From Desulfobacterales bacterium (lineage in GTDB: Bacteria; Desulfobacterota; Desulfobacteria; Desulfobacterales; UBA2174), in assembly GCA_963668645.2 (NCBI GenBank), contig CAXXWC010000002.1, positions 32,001 through 96,000 of the forward strand: a stretch of 64,000 bases of DNA. The letters are read 5' to 3'. The position numbers were made by a program, and so were the translations under genes. Every line of letters begins with the position of its first letter. Position 1 is the first letter of the stretch. Below, piece by piece: positions 8,721 through 18,284 of the stretch. Below the pieces are notes generated by a model. The model had not been told where the DNA came from. It did not search any database and saw only the letters and a list, made by a program, of their open reading frames with translations.

Positions 8721-10073
8721 ATGCAACTGGACCGTATGACCGCCATTTCGCCCGTGGACGGCCGCTATCGCGGCGCCGCGGAACCGCTGGCCGCCTATTT
8801 TTCCGAAAGCGCCCTGATCCGCTACCGCTTGCAGGTGGAGGTGGCCTATTTCATCGCGTTGTGCCGTTTGCCTTTGCCGCAGCTGTCCGCCATCCCCGAG
8901 GACAAGCTCGACGCCCTGAACCGGGTCGTGGCGGATTTCTCCCTTGAAGACGCCCGGCGCGTCAAAGAGATCGAGGCCGTTACCAACCACGACGTCAAGG
9001 CGGTGGAGTACTTTCTCAAGGAACGCTGCGATGCCCTGGGGCTTTCCGAATACAAGGAATTCGTCCACTTCGGCCTGACCAGCCAGGACATCAACAACAC
9101 GGCCATGCCCGCCATGCTGCGCGATGCCTGGCGCCAGACGGTGCGCCCGGTCCTGGACCAGGTCGTCGACCGGCTGGCCCGGATGGCCGAGACCTGGCGC
9201 GACGTGCCGATGCTGGCCCGCACCCACGGCCAGCCCGCATCGCCAACGCGTCTGGGAAAGGAACTTTTCGTCTTTGTCGAGCGCCTGCGCAAGCAGCTCG
9301 CCCAGGCCGACATGGTCCCCTTCAGCGCCAAGTTCGGCGGGGCCACGGGCAATTTCAACGCCCACCTGGCGGCGTATCCCGGGATCGACTGGGTCAGCTT
9401 CGCCAACCGCCTGGTGGCCGAGGACCTCGGATTGGTGCGCTCCCAGGTCACCACCCAGATCGAGCACTACGACAACACCGCCGCCTTTTGCGATGCCGTA
9501 AGACGCATCAACACGATTCTCATCGACCTGGACCGCGACCTGTGGACCTATATCTCCCTCGATTACTTCAAGCAGAAGATCAAGCCCGGCGAGGTCGGCT
9601 CTTCGACCATGCCCCACAAGGTCAATCCCATCGATTTTGAAAACTCCGAGGGCAACCTCGGCCTGGCCGATGCGATCTTTTCCCATCTGGCCGAGAAGCT
9701 CCCGATCAGCCGGTTGCAGCGGGACCTGACCGATTCCACCGTTTCGCGCAACCTCGGGGTCCCCCTGGCCCACAGCCTCATCGCCTATCGTTCGCTGCTG
9801 CGCGGGCTGGAAAAGCTTTTGCTCCACCCGGAGCGGCTGGCCTCCGACCTGGAGGCCAACTGGGCCGTGGTGGCCGAGGCGATCCAGACCATCCTGCGCC
9901 GTGAAGGGTATCCCAATCCTTACGAAGCTTTGAAACAACTGACCCGTACCCATACAACCATCGACCGGGACGCCATCCAGGCCTTCATCGAGGGCCTGGC
10001 GGTCTGCGAAACGGTCAAGGCCGAACTGCGCGCCATCACCCCCCACAACTACATCGGCCTGGCCCACTTTTAA
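8721..10073 (+). CDS. purB: Adenylosuccinate lyase
   Basis: AISPVDGRY, TNHDVKAVEY, RTHGQPA and the signature GSSTMPHKVNPIDFEN. Start placed at the ATG following a GGAAG RBS-like sequence. Confidence 0.96.
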   Translation: MQLDRMTAISPVDGRYRGAAEPLAAYFSESALIRYRLQVEVAYFIALCRLPLPQLSAIPEDKLDALNRVVADFSLEDARRVKEIEAVTNHDVKAVEYFLKERCDALGLSEYKEFVHFGLTSQDINNTAMPAMLRDAWRQTVRPVLDQVVDRLARMAETWRDVPMLARTHGQPASPTRLGKELFVFVERLRKQLAQADMVPFSAKFGGATGNFNAHLAAYPGIDWVSFANRLVAEDLGLVRSQVTTQIEHYDNTAAFCDAVRRINTILIDLDRDLWTYISLDYFKQKIKPGEVGSSTMPHKVNPIDFENSEGNLGLADAIFSHLAEKLPISRLQRDLTDSTVSRNLGVPLAHSLIAYRSLLRGLEKLLLHPERLASDLEANWAVVAEAIQTILRREGYPNPYEALKQLTRTHTTIDRDAIQAFIEGLAVCETVKAELRAITPHNYIGLAHF

Positions 10074-10082
10074 GCGGCAAAC

Positions 10083-10105
10083 GACGGCCGGGCCGCCCGG
10101 CCGTC
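10083..10105. terminator. GC-rich hairpin after purB (terminator or stabiliser)
   Basis: GACGGCCGGG-ccg-CCCGGCCGTC, a 10-bp stem. No good U-tract on the + strand. Confidence 0.45.
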
Positions 10106-10247
10106 AAAACAATATTCTCGCTACCCGTCTAACCGCAAACAGGTATCGGTCTGCCCGGACAGCCGGCGCCGCCTGGCTGTTTGGGAGGCGGTTTGCTCAG
10201 CTGCATATCCCCGGGCTGCCCAGGCCGTGACCAGACGGCCGATGCCC

Positions 10248-11165
10248 ATGGAGGCGCAGATGGACGCCATCCTGTGTGCCATCGATTTTTCTCCGGCCAC
10301 GGCGCCGGTGATCGGCTCGGGCGCCGGTCTGGCCGAGGCCCTGGGCGCCCGCCTGATCGCCTTCCACGCGGTCCATTTTGCCAGTGATCCGCTCTATGCC
10401 ACCGACTTTGCAGACCGCCGGGCCCGCACCCGGCGTCTTTGCGCGGCGGCCGGGGACCGGCTGGCCGAATGCATGGCCGGGGTGGACCAGCCCTGGGAAC
10501 CGGTGGTGGTACGCGGTGATCCGGTCGAGCAATTGGCGCATCTGGTCGCCCAGCGCCGGCCGCGCCTGGTGGTGACCGCCAGCCGCGGAATCGGCATGAT
10601 CCAGCGTCTTTTCACCGGCACGGTGGTCGAGCGCATGGTCCAGCAGGTACGCTGCCCCATCTTGATCCTTCATCCGCCAGGGCCACTTCCCGAAGATTGC
10701 GCGGTTCCGCTGAGGCGGCTTCTGGTGGGCTGCGACCTGCAGCCGCCGGCCGTTCCTCTGGAGGCGGCCTGCCGCCTGCTGGGGCATGGCGCCGCTGAAA
10801 TCCATCTGCTCCACGTCAGCGAATCCCCCCTGGACCCCGCCCTGGTGGAAACCGAACACGGACCGGCCGGCCAGAGGTTCGAAATCCTGGACCGGAGCCT
10901 CCGCCGGCGGCTTGAGGCCGCTAGTTCAAATGCGTGTGCCGCAGGCCTGCACTTCGAGGCCAAGATCCGGCCCGGTGTTCCGGCCGAAGTGCTGCGCGAA
11001 TATGCCCGGGAGCACCGGATCGATCTGGCGGTGGTGGGCGTGCACCGTACCGGAGCGTTCAAAAGGGCCTTGATCGGTTCCACGGCCCGGGACCTGCTGC
11101 GCGACGTGCCGTGCAGCCTGCTCACCATTCCCCAGCCGGATGGCACGGCGGGTGAGGGGACATGA
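10248..11165 (+). CDS. Universal stress protein (tandem USP domains)
   Basis: ILCAIDFS, GDP...LVV.ASRG, GTVVERMV...CPILIL; second domain DLAVVG...LIGSTARDLLRDVPCSLL. Start codon uncertain (10227-10260). Confidence 0.88.
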   Translation: MEAQMDAILCAIDFSPATAPVIGSGAGLAEALGARLIAFHAVHFASDPLYATDFADRRARTRRLCAAAGDRLAECMAGVDQPWEPVVVRGDPVEQLAHLVAQRRPRLVVTASRGIGMIQRLFTGTVVERMVQQVRCPILILHPPGPLPEDCAVPLRRLLVGCDLQPPAVPLEAACRLLGHGAAEIHLLHVSESPLDPALVETEHGPAGQRFEILDRSLRRRLEAASSNACAAGLHFEAKIRPGVPAEVLREYAREHRIDLAVVGVHRTGAFKRALIGSTARDLLRDVPCSLLTIPQPDGTAGEGT

Positions 11166-12211
11166 AAACCACCGGAATCGTATGCGATCCCTGTTTTCTC
11201 GATCATCTTATGCCGCAAGGGCACCCGGAGCACCCGAGACGCCTGCGGGCGGTGATCGACCGGCTGGCATTGGAGGACCGGCTCGGGCGAGAACTGATGC
11301 CCATCGCCCCGCGGCCGGCCACCCAGGGGGAAATAGAGCGGGTCCATCAACCCGGATACTTCCGCAAGATCGCCGCCACCGCCGGGGTCGAACGCAGCGC
11401 CCTGACCGCTGACACCTTTGCCAGCGCAGGATCCTACGCCGCCGCCTGCCTGGCAGCCGGCGGTTTCTGCGCCGCCATCGCGGCGGTGCTGGAAGGGAAG
11501 GTGAAAAACGCCTTCGCCCTGGTGCGCCCGCCCGGGCACCATGCCGAGGCCAGCCGGGCCCTGGGCTACTGCCTGTTCAACAACACGGCCCTGGGGGCGG
11601 CCTTTGCCCGGGACCAATTCGGCTTGCGGCGGATTTTGATCGTGGACTGGGACGTGCATCACGGCAACGGGACCCAGCACCTGTTCGAGGCCGACCCGGG
11701 GGTGCTCTTCTTTTCGACCCACCAGCATCCGCTCTTTCCGGGCACCGGACAGTACACCGAGGTCGGCCGGGGAAGGGGAGAAGGCTTCACCGTGAACCTG
11801 CCCCTGGCCAAGGGTTACGGGGATGCGGAATATGCCGCCATCTACCGCAGCCTGCTCGTGCCGCTGGCCCAAGCCTACATGCCGGAGTTGATTCTCGTAT
11901 CGGCCGGTTTCGACACCCACCGGGACGATCCGATGGCCGGGATGTGCATGACCGAGGAAGGTTTCGTCGCTCTGGCTCGGATCCTGCTGGATCTGGCCGC
12001 CGCCTGTTGCCAGGACCGCCTGGTGATGGTCCTCGAAGGCGGTTATCACCCGCCGGCCCTTGCGGCCAGCGTGGTTGCGGTACTCTGCGAGATGGCCGGG
12101 CTGACCCATACCCCGGAAACCGGCCACCGGACTGCGGACCGGCGCAGGCTGGACTACGTCCTGGCGCGCAGTCTGCCGGTGCTGCGCCCCTACTGGAGCT
12201 GCCTGGGCTGA
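11162..12211 (+). CDS. Histone deacetylase family Zn-dependent (acetylpolyamine or protein) deacetylase
   Basis: HPE.P.R, RPPGHHA, GYCLFNN, DWDVHHGNGTQ, SAGFD, LEGGY. Confidence 0.93.
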   Translation: MKTTGIVCDPCFLDHLMPQGHPEHPRRLRAVIDRLALEDRLGRELMPIAPRPATQGEIERVHQPGYFRKIAATAGVERSALTADTFASAGSYAAACLAAGGFCAAIAAVLEGKVKNAFALVRPPGHHAEASRALGYCLFNNTALGAAFARDQFGLRRILIVDWDVHHGNGTQHLFEADPGVLFFSTHQHPLFPGTGQYTEVGRGRGEGFTVNLPLAKGYGDAEYAAIYRSLLVPLAQAYMPELILVSAGFDTHRDDPMAGMCMTEEGFVALARILLDLAAACCQDRLVMVLEGGYHPPALAASVVAVLCEMAGLTHTPETGHRTADRRRLDYVLARSLPVLRPYWSCLG

Positions 12212-12265
12212 TGGCGCCGGGCGGTGTGTGCCGGAGCCCGGCCATTTTATTCAAAGGGAAAGGCG

Positions 12266-12616
12266 ATGAACAAAATCAAGATCATGAAGGCCTCGGTGGC
12301 CAAGTGGGAGCGCATCATCGCCGGCAAGAGCGCCGACGGCGGGGTACTGGACTGCCCGCCGTGCCGGATCTACTACCTGCTCGTGTGCATCGGCTGTCCC
12401 ATCGCCGAATACACCGGCAAGAAATTCTGCCGCGGCACCCCTTATCCGCGCTGGTACTGGCACCATGTCAACGATCACGAGGAGCTGCGGCGCAAGGTCT
12501 TCTGCCCCCAATGCCTGGAGTATGCCACCCAAATGCGCGATTTCATGATCGAGGTGCTCGAGGCCCTCAAGGCCCGGCAGGCAGAGGACCAACCGGAAAA
12601 ACCCTTTTCCCCGTGA
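12266..12616 (+). CDS. Small Cys/His-rich hypothetical protein
   Basis: GGGAAAGG RBS. CPPC, CIGCP, FC, HH..DH and CPQC motifs. Coding-like codon usage. Confidence 0.7.
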   Translation: MNKIKIMKASVAKWERIIAGKSADGGVLDCPPCRIYYLLVCIGCPIAEYTGKKFCRGTPYPRWYWHHVNDHEELRRKVFCPQCLEYATQMRDFMIEVLEALKARQAEDQPEKPFSP

Positions 12617-12633
12617 CGGAGCGATAAAGCCTC

Positions 12634-14148
12634 TTGACGCGTTTTTTGCACGGCCTTCTCGTCATTGCGGCCGCCGGAGAAATCGCCCTGGTGGCCGCCG
12701 CGGTCCTGACCCGGCTGCGCCAGGCCGGTCTCTCCCTGGCCGAGGCCGGGGTCTATGCCCTGGTCGGCACTCTGATGCTCCTTTCGCTGGTCTTGCAGGT
12801 CGCCTTTCTGGCTGGATTTCCCCGCGCGGCGTTGTTCTGCGAGATGGTTATCCTGGCTGCCGCCGCCGCCGATCTGATACGCCGCTGGCGCCTGCTGGCC
12901 GGCGAAATGCCCCTCCTGGCGGATTTTGCCCGCCGTAATCTTCTTTTGTTCTACGGTTTGACGGTGATCGCCGCTCTTTTGCTGGTGCTGCTGGTGATCC
13001 TGCCTCCCCTGGATGGGGCCGGGGCGGTCCAGGCCTGGAATCCGATCCCCGCCGTCGACACCATGAACGCTTACCGATCCTCCAACCACGGGGTGTTGGT
13101 CGGCTTTTTCAACCGTCTTTCGGAAGGCAGCGGCTTGCTGGGGCTGATCGCCTATCTTGTCGTGGCCCTGGCCACCTATGCCCTGGCCCGGCGCTACGCG
13201 TGGCCGCCTGCTGCGGCCACGGTGACCCTGGTGGTCGTCAGCCAGCCGCGGCTATTTTACCAGGCCCTTTCCCCGGGCGCCGAAATCCTGCCCGCCGCCG
13301 TGGGACTCTTCTGCCTGCTGGCCCTTTACCGGACCGTGGAGCATCCGCGCTTTGTCGACCTGATCCTGCTCGTGCTGGGGCTCTCTTTTGCCGTGGCCGA
13401 ACAACCCCTGGGCGCGGCGTTCCCCGTGATCCTGGCCCTGCTGGCGGCGGTAACCCTCTACCGGCGCCACGGCGGGGCGTTCTGGTGGTGGCTGGCCCGC
13501 AAACGGCCGGCGGCAAGCCTGGCAGCCCTGGCCGCGGCACTGGTATTCGTTCAGGCTTGGCGCTGGGTGCCGGGCGCCGCCGCCAAATCCCCGCCTTTTC
13601 ATGCCCCGCCCAACACGGATGGAATCCTGGGGGCCGCGGCCAATTTTGTGCGCTACCTGCTGCAGAGCATCGATCTGATGCCGGCCGGCGAGCATCTATG
13701 GCACTGGGTATTCGGAACAAACCTTGAGCAGATCCTCGATGATTTCTATCTTGGCCTCGTCGCGCCGCTGGTGGGTCAAAGCGGCGCCGCGGCCCCTTTT
13801 GAACTCGCTTGGGGATTCGATCCGGCCACCGCATGGTTCGGCCCCCTGGGGCTGGTCCTGGTCCTGCCGGCCGTGGCCTATGCGCTGCTGCGCGGACCGC
13901 GGCGGCTCAAGGCGGTGGCCGTGGCCATGGCCGGTTACGGATACCTCGGCTGCCTGATTCCGGCCTGGACCCCATACAACGGTTCGATCTTTATCCGTTT
14001 TTTCGCCTGCGGCGGTTTTATGATCGCTTTTCTGCTGCCGCCCTGGCGCTTGCGCAGGCGGGATATGATCGGGATCCAGATCTTCTGCCTGCTCTTGCTT
14101 TGCTACGCGGCCCTGGGCCGCTGGGGATGGATTATCGGCGGTGGATGA
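12634..14148 (+). CDS. Polytopic membrane protein, possibly GT-C/ArnT-like glycosyltransferase fold
   Basis: More than 10 hydrophobic segments. The Y.LARR...P.L.YQA.S segment resembles PMT_2-type proteins. Confidence 0.55.
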   Translation: MTRFLHGLLVIAAAGEIALVAAAVLTRLRQAGLSLAEAGVYALVGTLMLLSLVLQVAFLAGFPRAALFCEMVILAAAAADLIRRWRLLAGEMPLLADFARRNLLLFYGLTVIAALLLVLLVILPPLDGAGAVQAWNPIPAVDTMNAYRSSNHGVLVGFFNRLSEGSGLLGLIAYLVVALATYALARRYAWPPAAATVTLVVVSQPRLFYQALSPGAEILPAAVGLFCLLALYRTVEHPRFVDLILLVLGLSFAVAEQPLGAAFPVILALLAAVTLYRRHGGAFWWWLARKRPAASLAALAAALVFVQAWRWVPGAAAKSPPFHAPPNTDGILGAAANFVRYLLQSIDLMPAGEHLWHWVFGTNLEQILDDFYLGLVAPLVGQSGAAAPFELAWGFDPATAWFGPLGLVLVLPAVAYALLRGPRRLKAVAVAMAGYGYLGCLIPAWTPYNGSIFIRFFACGGFMIAFLLPPWRLRRRDMIGIQIFCLLLLCYAALGRWGWIIGGG

Positions 14149-14246
14149 ACGCGGCGTAAATTTCTGAAGCGGGATGAAAGCGCTGCTTTCCCTGTGTTTT
14201 CGAATTCTTTGCGGTTAGCGGAGCATGCTTCAAAAAAGCATCGGTG

Positions 14247-14681
14247 TTAGAAGGCCCCCAATTGGCAGGGTTTGATCTTCAATCCCAGTTTTTCACAGGC
14301 CCGGGCCACAAGGAAGCGCTTCACGCCGAAGGCGTCCGCGATCTCCCAGCATTGTTCGCATGAGATTTTTCGTTCACAGGCGTCCCGTTCCAGCGCTTCG
14401 GCCAAAAGCGGCGTCACCTCCGCGGCCGGCTCGACGATCTTGCCCTGGGTGCGGTAGCCGAACAGCCCCATCTGGCAATGTTTGATCCTTTTTTCCAGTA
14501 AATCGATGGTCGTTCCCACCTCTGCCGGCGCAACCCGTAAATCCGTGGCGATTTGATGCGCATCCCGGCAGGTCACTTCGCCGTTATCGGCCTTGGCGTT
14601 TACCGCTGCAGCGATTTCCGGATCGGCAGTGCTTCCCGGCGGATGTTTGGCCGCGTAATGTCCGGCATCTTCATGCCCCAT
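14247..14681 (-). CDS. Hypothetical protein with an internally duplicated Cys-containing domain
   Basis: Two copies of C....IA....V....V.....L...I..CQ(M/L)G.F. GAGGTG RBS. Confidence 0.75.
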   Translation of the reverse strand: MGHEDAGHYAAKHPPGSTADPEIAAAVNAKADNGEVTCRDAHQIATDLRVAPAEVGTTIDLLEKRIKHCQMGLFGYRTQGKIVEPAAEVTPLLAEALERDACERKISCEQCWEIADAFGVKRFLVARACEKLGLKIKPCQLGAF

Positions 14682-14834
14682 GGTTCACCTCATCATAGTT
14701 GGTCATAAAATTTCATCTTCTACCGATAAGTCTCTACTCGACTGGTCGATCAAGGTCAAGGACGGATGGGCGAAGCGTGAAATCGGTAGCCGGCGCTGGA
14801 CGTTCAACCAGCTGTTGGCGTATAACCGGATCAA

Positions 14835-17800
14835 ATGACTGCACTGCGCCTGAAAACTCTCGGATGGATACTGCTGGCGGCCGCAGGGCTGATCGTGGCC
14901 GCCGCCCTGATGACCCCGCATCTGCTGGATACCGACGCTGCACGCCGCACGATCGCCAGTTTTCTGGAAGCCCGGTTGGGCCGCAAGGTGGTCATCGGCG
15001 GCCGCTTGCGCTTTACCCTGATGCCCCATACGGGCTTTGTGATCGAGGACCTGCGCATCTCCGAAACAGCCGCTTTCGGCGGCGGCGAGGCCGCCCGCCT
15101 CCAGACGGTGGAAGTGGCCCTGGACCCGCTGCCCCTGCTGCACCGCCGCCTGGTCCTGGAATCGATCCGGATCCGCTCGCCCCGGCTGCGCCTGATCCGC
15201 AACGCCCGGGGGGAAACCAGCTGGGATCAACCGGGTGCCGGCGAGGCCAGTCCGGTGGAAGGATTGGGGATCGGCGGCGCCAGCGTGCTGCTCGAATTCA
15301 ATACGCTGCAGGTTCAGGACGGACAAATCGAATTCATCGATTTGCAGCATCAACGCCACTTTCGGTTTTCCCGCATCGACTTTCTGCGCAGCGGGAAACA
15401 GGACCACGATTTTTCGCTTTCCGCCGAAGCCGCCTGCGACGGCTGCGAGACGGCCGGATTGGATCGCTTGGCCGCCCGCCTGCAAAGTTCCGGGCACTGC
15501 CGCTTGTCATTGCAAGAAAGGCTTTTGACCCTCGAAGGGGCCGACTTGAAAATCGATCTTTTGCGCCGCACCCCGTCCGGCGCGCCGGCCGACCTGGCCA
15601 GCCTCAGTGGTCAATTGAGCGGGGCCTGGCCTCAAGGACCGATCCGTCTGGAAAAGCTCCTGCTCAAAACCCCGGGAGGCAGTCTTCACGGCGAATTGAA
15701 AGGTCTTTTGAACCAAGAGACATGCTCAGCCACCGGTCCTCTCAGAATCAAGATCGACGATCTGAAACGCCTTGTCGAAAATTACGGCGGCTCACCTCCG
15801 CCTTTTTTCGAAAAATGGCTGCCCCGGGCCGATATCGCCTTTGACCTGTCCGCCGCTGCCGGAACCCTTGCCCTCGACCGCATCCAGGGGCAGCTCGGCG
15901 CAGAGCCGATCAGCGGCAGGATGACCTTCGCGTCCGGCGAACCGGCCCTGATCAGCGCTGTCTTGAAGACTGGCGAGCTCGACCTGGACAGATTCATAAC
16001 CCCTGACGGGGCGTCGCCGCCCTCCGGTCCGCCGCTTGCCGGGCTGATCGGTGCGCCGATAGGCCTGGACCTGGTCCTTGAGGCCGATTCCGTCGCCTGG
16101 CGGGGTGAGAAATTCACCGCCCCCCGCATCGAAATCCGCGGCCGTCCAAAGTCGGGTTGGGACCTGGACTCCGCCACCGCGGTCTGGCACGATGCGTCTT
16201 TGAGTATCAACGGGAGCCTGCGGCCCGAGGAGCGGAATGTCCGCACGGCGCTGAATATCGCGGCCCTGGGCGTTGAAAGCGGGCGGCTCTGGAAATTGGC
16301 CGGCGCCGGCGGCGAAGTCAGCGGCCCCATGGACCTCGCCATCCACCTGCAGAGCCATGGCGCCGATTGGGAATCCCTGGCACACAACCTCGCCGCCAGC
16401 ACTTCCATTACCCCCCGCGGGGCTCTGAAGATCGGAGGAGCGGAACACCCTGCCATCTCCGGAACCCTCCACGCCGAAACCGGTCCTGAAGGGGCCTTGC
16501 GGCTGACCTCCGAATGGGGCATCAGCCAGCCGGCCCTGCACGGTCGATTGACCCTGGAAGGCACCCGTGCCCCCGGGTGGGCAGGATTGGAGGACGCCCG
16601 CCTGCAAATGGACATCGAATCCGCCGACCTTCCCGAGGCCCAAAAACGATTCGAGCTGGAGGGAAGCCTCTCCCTCACGACCGAAAAACTGAGGCTCGAC
16701 TACCGGGTCGAACGGTTCAGCGCCTTCGGTCTCCAGGGACAGGGCCGGCTCCAATGGCCTGTCGCCGGTGATCTTAGGAGGGTGCAGGCCAGTTTGGATG
16801 TCCCTGCCTTCCAGGCCCGGCCCTGGTTGGCCCTGATGGGTATGAAACTTCCGGCCGGCACCAGGGCCGAAGTCTTGCAGCGGCTGGGATTTTCAGCAAG
16901 CCTCGATCTGGCCCCGCCCGACCTGGCGGTCCGGGACCTGGTCCTTGTCGTGGACGATACCACGGTCCGCGGCGGATTCGACCTGACAGATGATACGCCG
17001 CTGAAATTGCGCTTCACGTTGGACGCCGATGACATCGATCTGGATCGCTACCGCCTTTCAGAGACGACAACCGAGGCTTCGGGCGAAAATCCGGCTGCAA
17101 GCGTCCTCGGGCGCATCGATGCACAGGGAACTTTGAACCTCGATCGGCTGCACCTGCTGGGATGCGAGGCCTACGACATTTCCAGCCGCATTCGAACCGC
17201 CGAAGGTCGGATCTACCTCGATTCTTTCGACGGGAACCTGTACCAGGGCCGGATAGATGCCGATGCCATGCTGGCGCTGGACGGATCCGATCCGGCCTGG
17301 CGCCTCAAGGCCACCTTGCGTCAAGTCGCCCTCCTGGAGCCGCTGCAACAGATCTTCGAGGTCCCGGTCCTTTCCGGGCTGGCCGATATCGATGCCCAGC
17401 TTTCCGAACGGCGCCGGGACGATGCCGCCTCGCGAGTCGCCGGGCTTTGCGGCCAGATCGACTGGGTTCTCAATCAAGGGGCGATCCATGGCATCTGCAT
17501 CGTACCCCAGAAGGCTCCGGAGACGGCCGGATCCGCCGACTGCGGTCCGGCACCTGACGATCAGAGACAACCTTTTGACGAAATTCGGGGCAACTGGCAG
17601 ATCACCGACGGCGTGGCGGCCACCCAATCCCACCGGCTTACCGCCGAGGGCCTCTTCATGGCGGTAGCCGGAAAAGTGGATCTGGTGCAAAAAAGGCTGG
17701 ATGCCACCCTTGCGGTGGACATTCAGGGCATGCCGACCGTCTATTACGGGCTCGCCGGTCCCTTTGACGGCATCCAGGTCGAAATGGACAAGAGCCGCCT

Positions 17801-18197
17801 GATGATCGACGGGGCCAATCAAATCGTGGGGTCGCCTTTGGTCCTGGGCCGCGGGGTCCTCGGTTCCGGAGCCGATATCCTGGAAAAGGGGCGCCAGACC
17901 ATCGGCGACGACAGCGGCCTCCAACGCATGGGCCAGGGGGCTCTGGGGGCCGGCAAAGGGGTCCTGCGGCTGGGCCAGGGGGTGCTGGAGATCGGAAAAG
18001 GCACCGAAAAAGTGGAAGAAGGTCTCAAGGATCTGGGCCAGAGCGCCCTGGATCTGGGCAACGGCGCGATCGGTCTGGGAACGGATGTCGTCGGTGTTTT
18101 CGAAAAGGTGGGGCAGAAACTCGGCAATCTATTCGGCGGTGCCGCTGTGCAAAAGGAACCGAACGATACCACGACAAAGCAGAAAGCCTCGGATTGA
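14835..18197 (+). CDS. AsmA family envelope (bridge-like lipid transfer) protein
   Basis: N-terminal TM anchor, AsmA N-region (LGRKVVIGG...V.LDPLPLL...L.LIRN..G..SW), repeated LDLDR/IDLDRY, LYQG and a C-terminal AsmA_2-like region. Confidence 0.85.
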   Translation: MTALRLKTLGWILLAAAGLIVAAALMTPHLLDTDAARRTIASFLEARLGRKVVIGGRLRFTLMPHTGFVIEDLRISETAAFGGGEAARLQTVEVALDPLPLLHRRLVLESIRIRSPRLRLIRNARGETSWDQPGAGEASPVEGLGIGGASVLLEFNTLQVQDGQIEFIDLQHQRHFRFSRIDFLRSGKQDHDFSLSAEAACDGCETAGLDRLAARLQSSGHCRLSLQERLLTLEGADLKIDLLRRTPSGAPADLASLSGQLSGAWPQGPIRLEKLLLKTPGGSLHGELKGLLNQETCSATGPLRIKIDDLKRLVENYGGSPPPFFEKWLPRADIAFDLSAAAGTLALDRIQGQLGAEPISGRMTFASGEPALISAVLKTGELDLDRFITPDGASPPSGPPLAGLIGAPIGLDLVLEADSVAWRGEKFTAPRIEIRGRPKSGWDLDSATAVWHDASLSINGSLRPEERNVRTALNIAALGVESGRLWKLAGAGGEVSGPMDLAIHLQSHGADWESLAHNLAASTSITPRGALKIGGAEHPAISGTLHAETGPEGALRLTSEWGISQPALHGRLTLEGTRAPGWAGLEDARLQMDIESADLPEAQKRFELEGSLSLTTEKLRLDYRVERFSAFGLQGQGRLQWPVAGDLRRVQASLDVPAFQARPWLALMGMKLPAGTRAEVLQRLGFSASLDLAPPDLAVRDLVLVVDDTTVRGGFDLTDDTPLKLRFTLDADDIDLDRYRLSETTTEASGENPAASVLGRIDAQGTLNLDRLHLLGCEAYDISSRIRTAEGRIYLDSFDGNLYQGRIDADAMLALDGSDPAWRLKATLRQVALLEPLQQIFEVPVLSGLADIDAQLSERRRDDAASRVAGLCGQIDWVLNQGAIHGICIVPQKAPETAGSADCGPAPDDQRQPFDEIRGNWQITDGVAATQSHRLTAEGLFMAVAGKVDLVQKRLDATLAVDIQGMPTVYYGLAGPFDGIQVEMDKSRLMIDGANQIVGSPLVLGRGVLGSGADILEKGRQTIGDDSGLQRMGQGALGAGKGVLRLGQGVLEIGKGTEKVEEGLKDLGQSALDLGNGAIGLGTDVVGVFEKVGQKLGNLFGGAAVQKEPNDTTTKQKASD

Positions 18198-18284
18198 AAA
18201 AAAACTCCACCCCGGTTATAGCCATATCCCCAGTGAACAACCACCAATGACCGGCCAAGGCCGGCCAAACCATGGAGACTGCTG

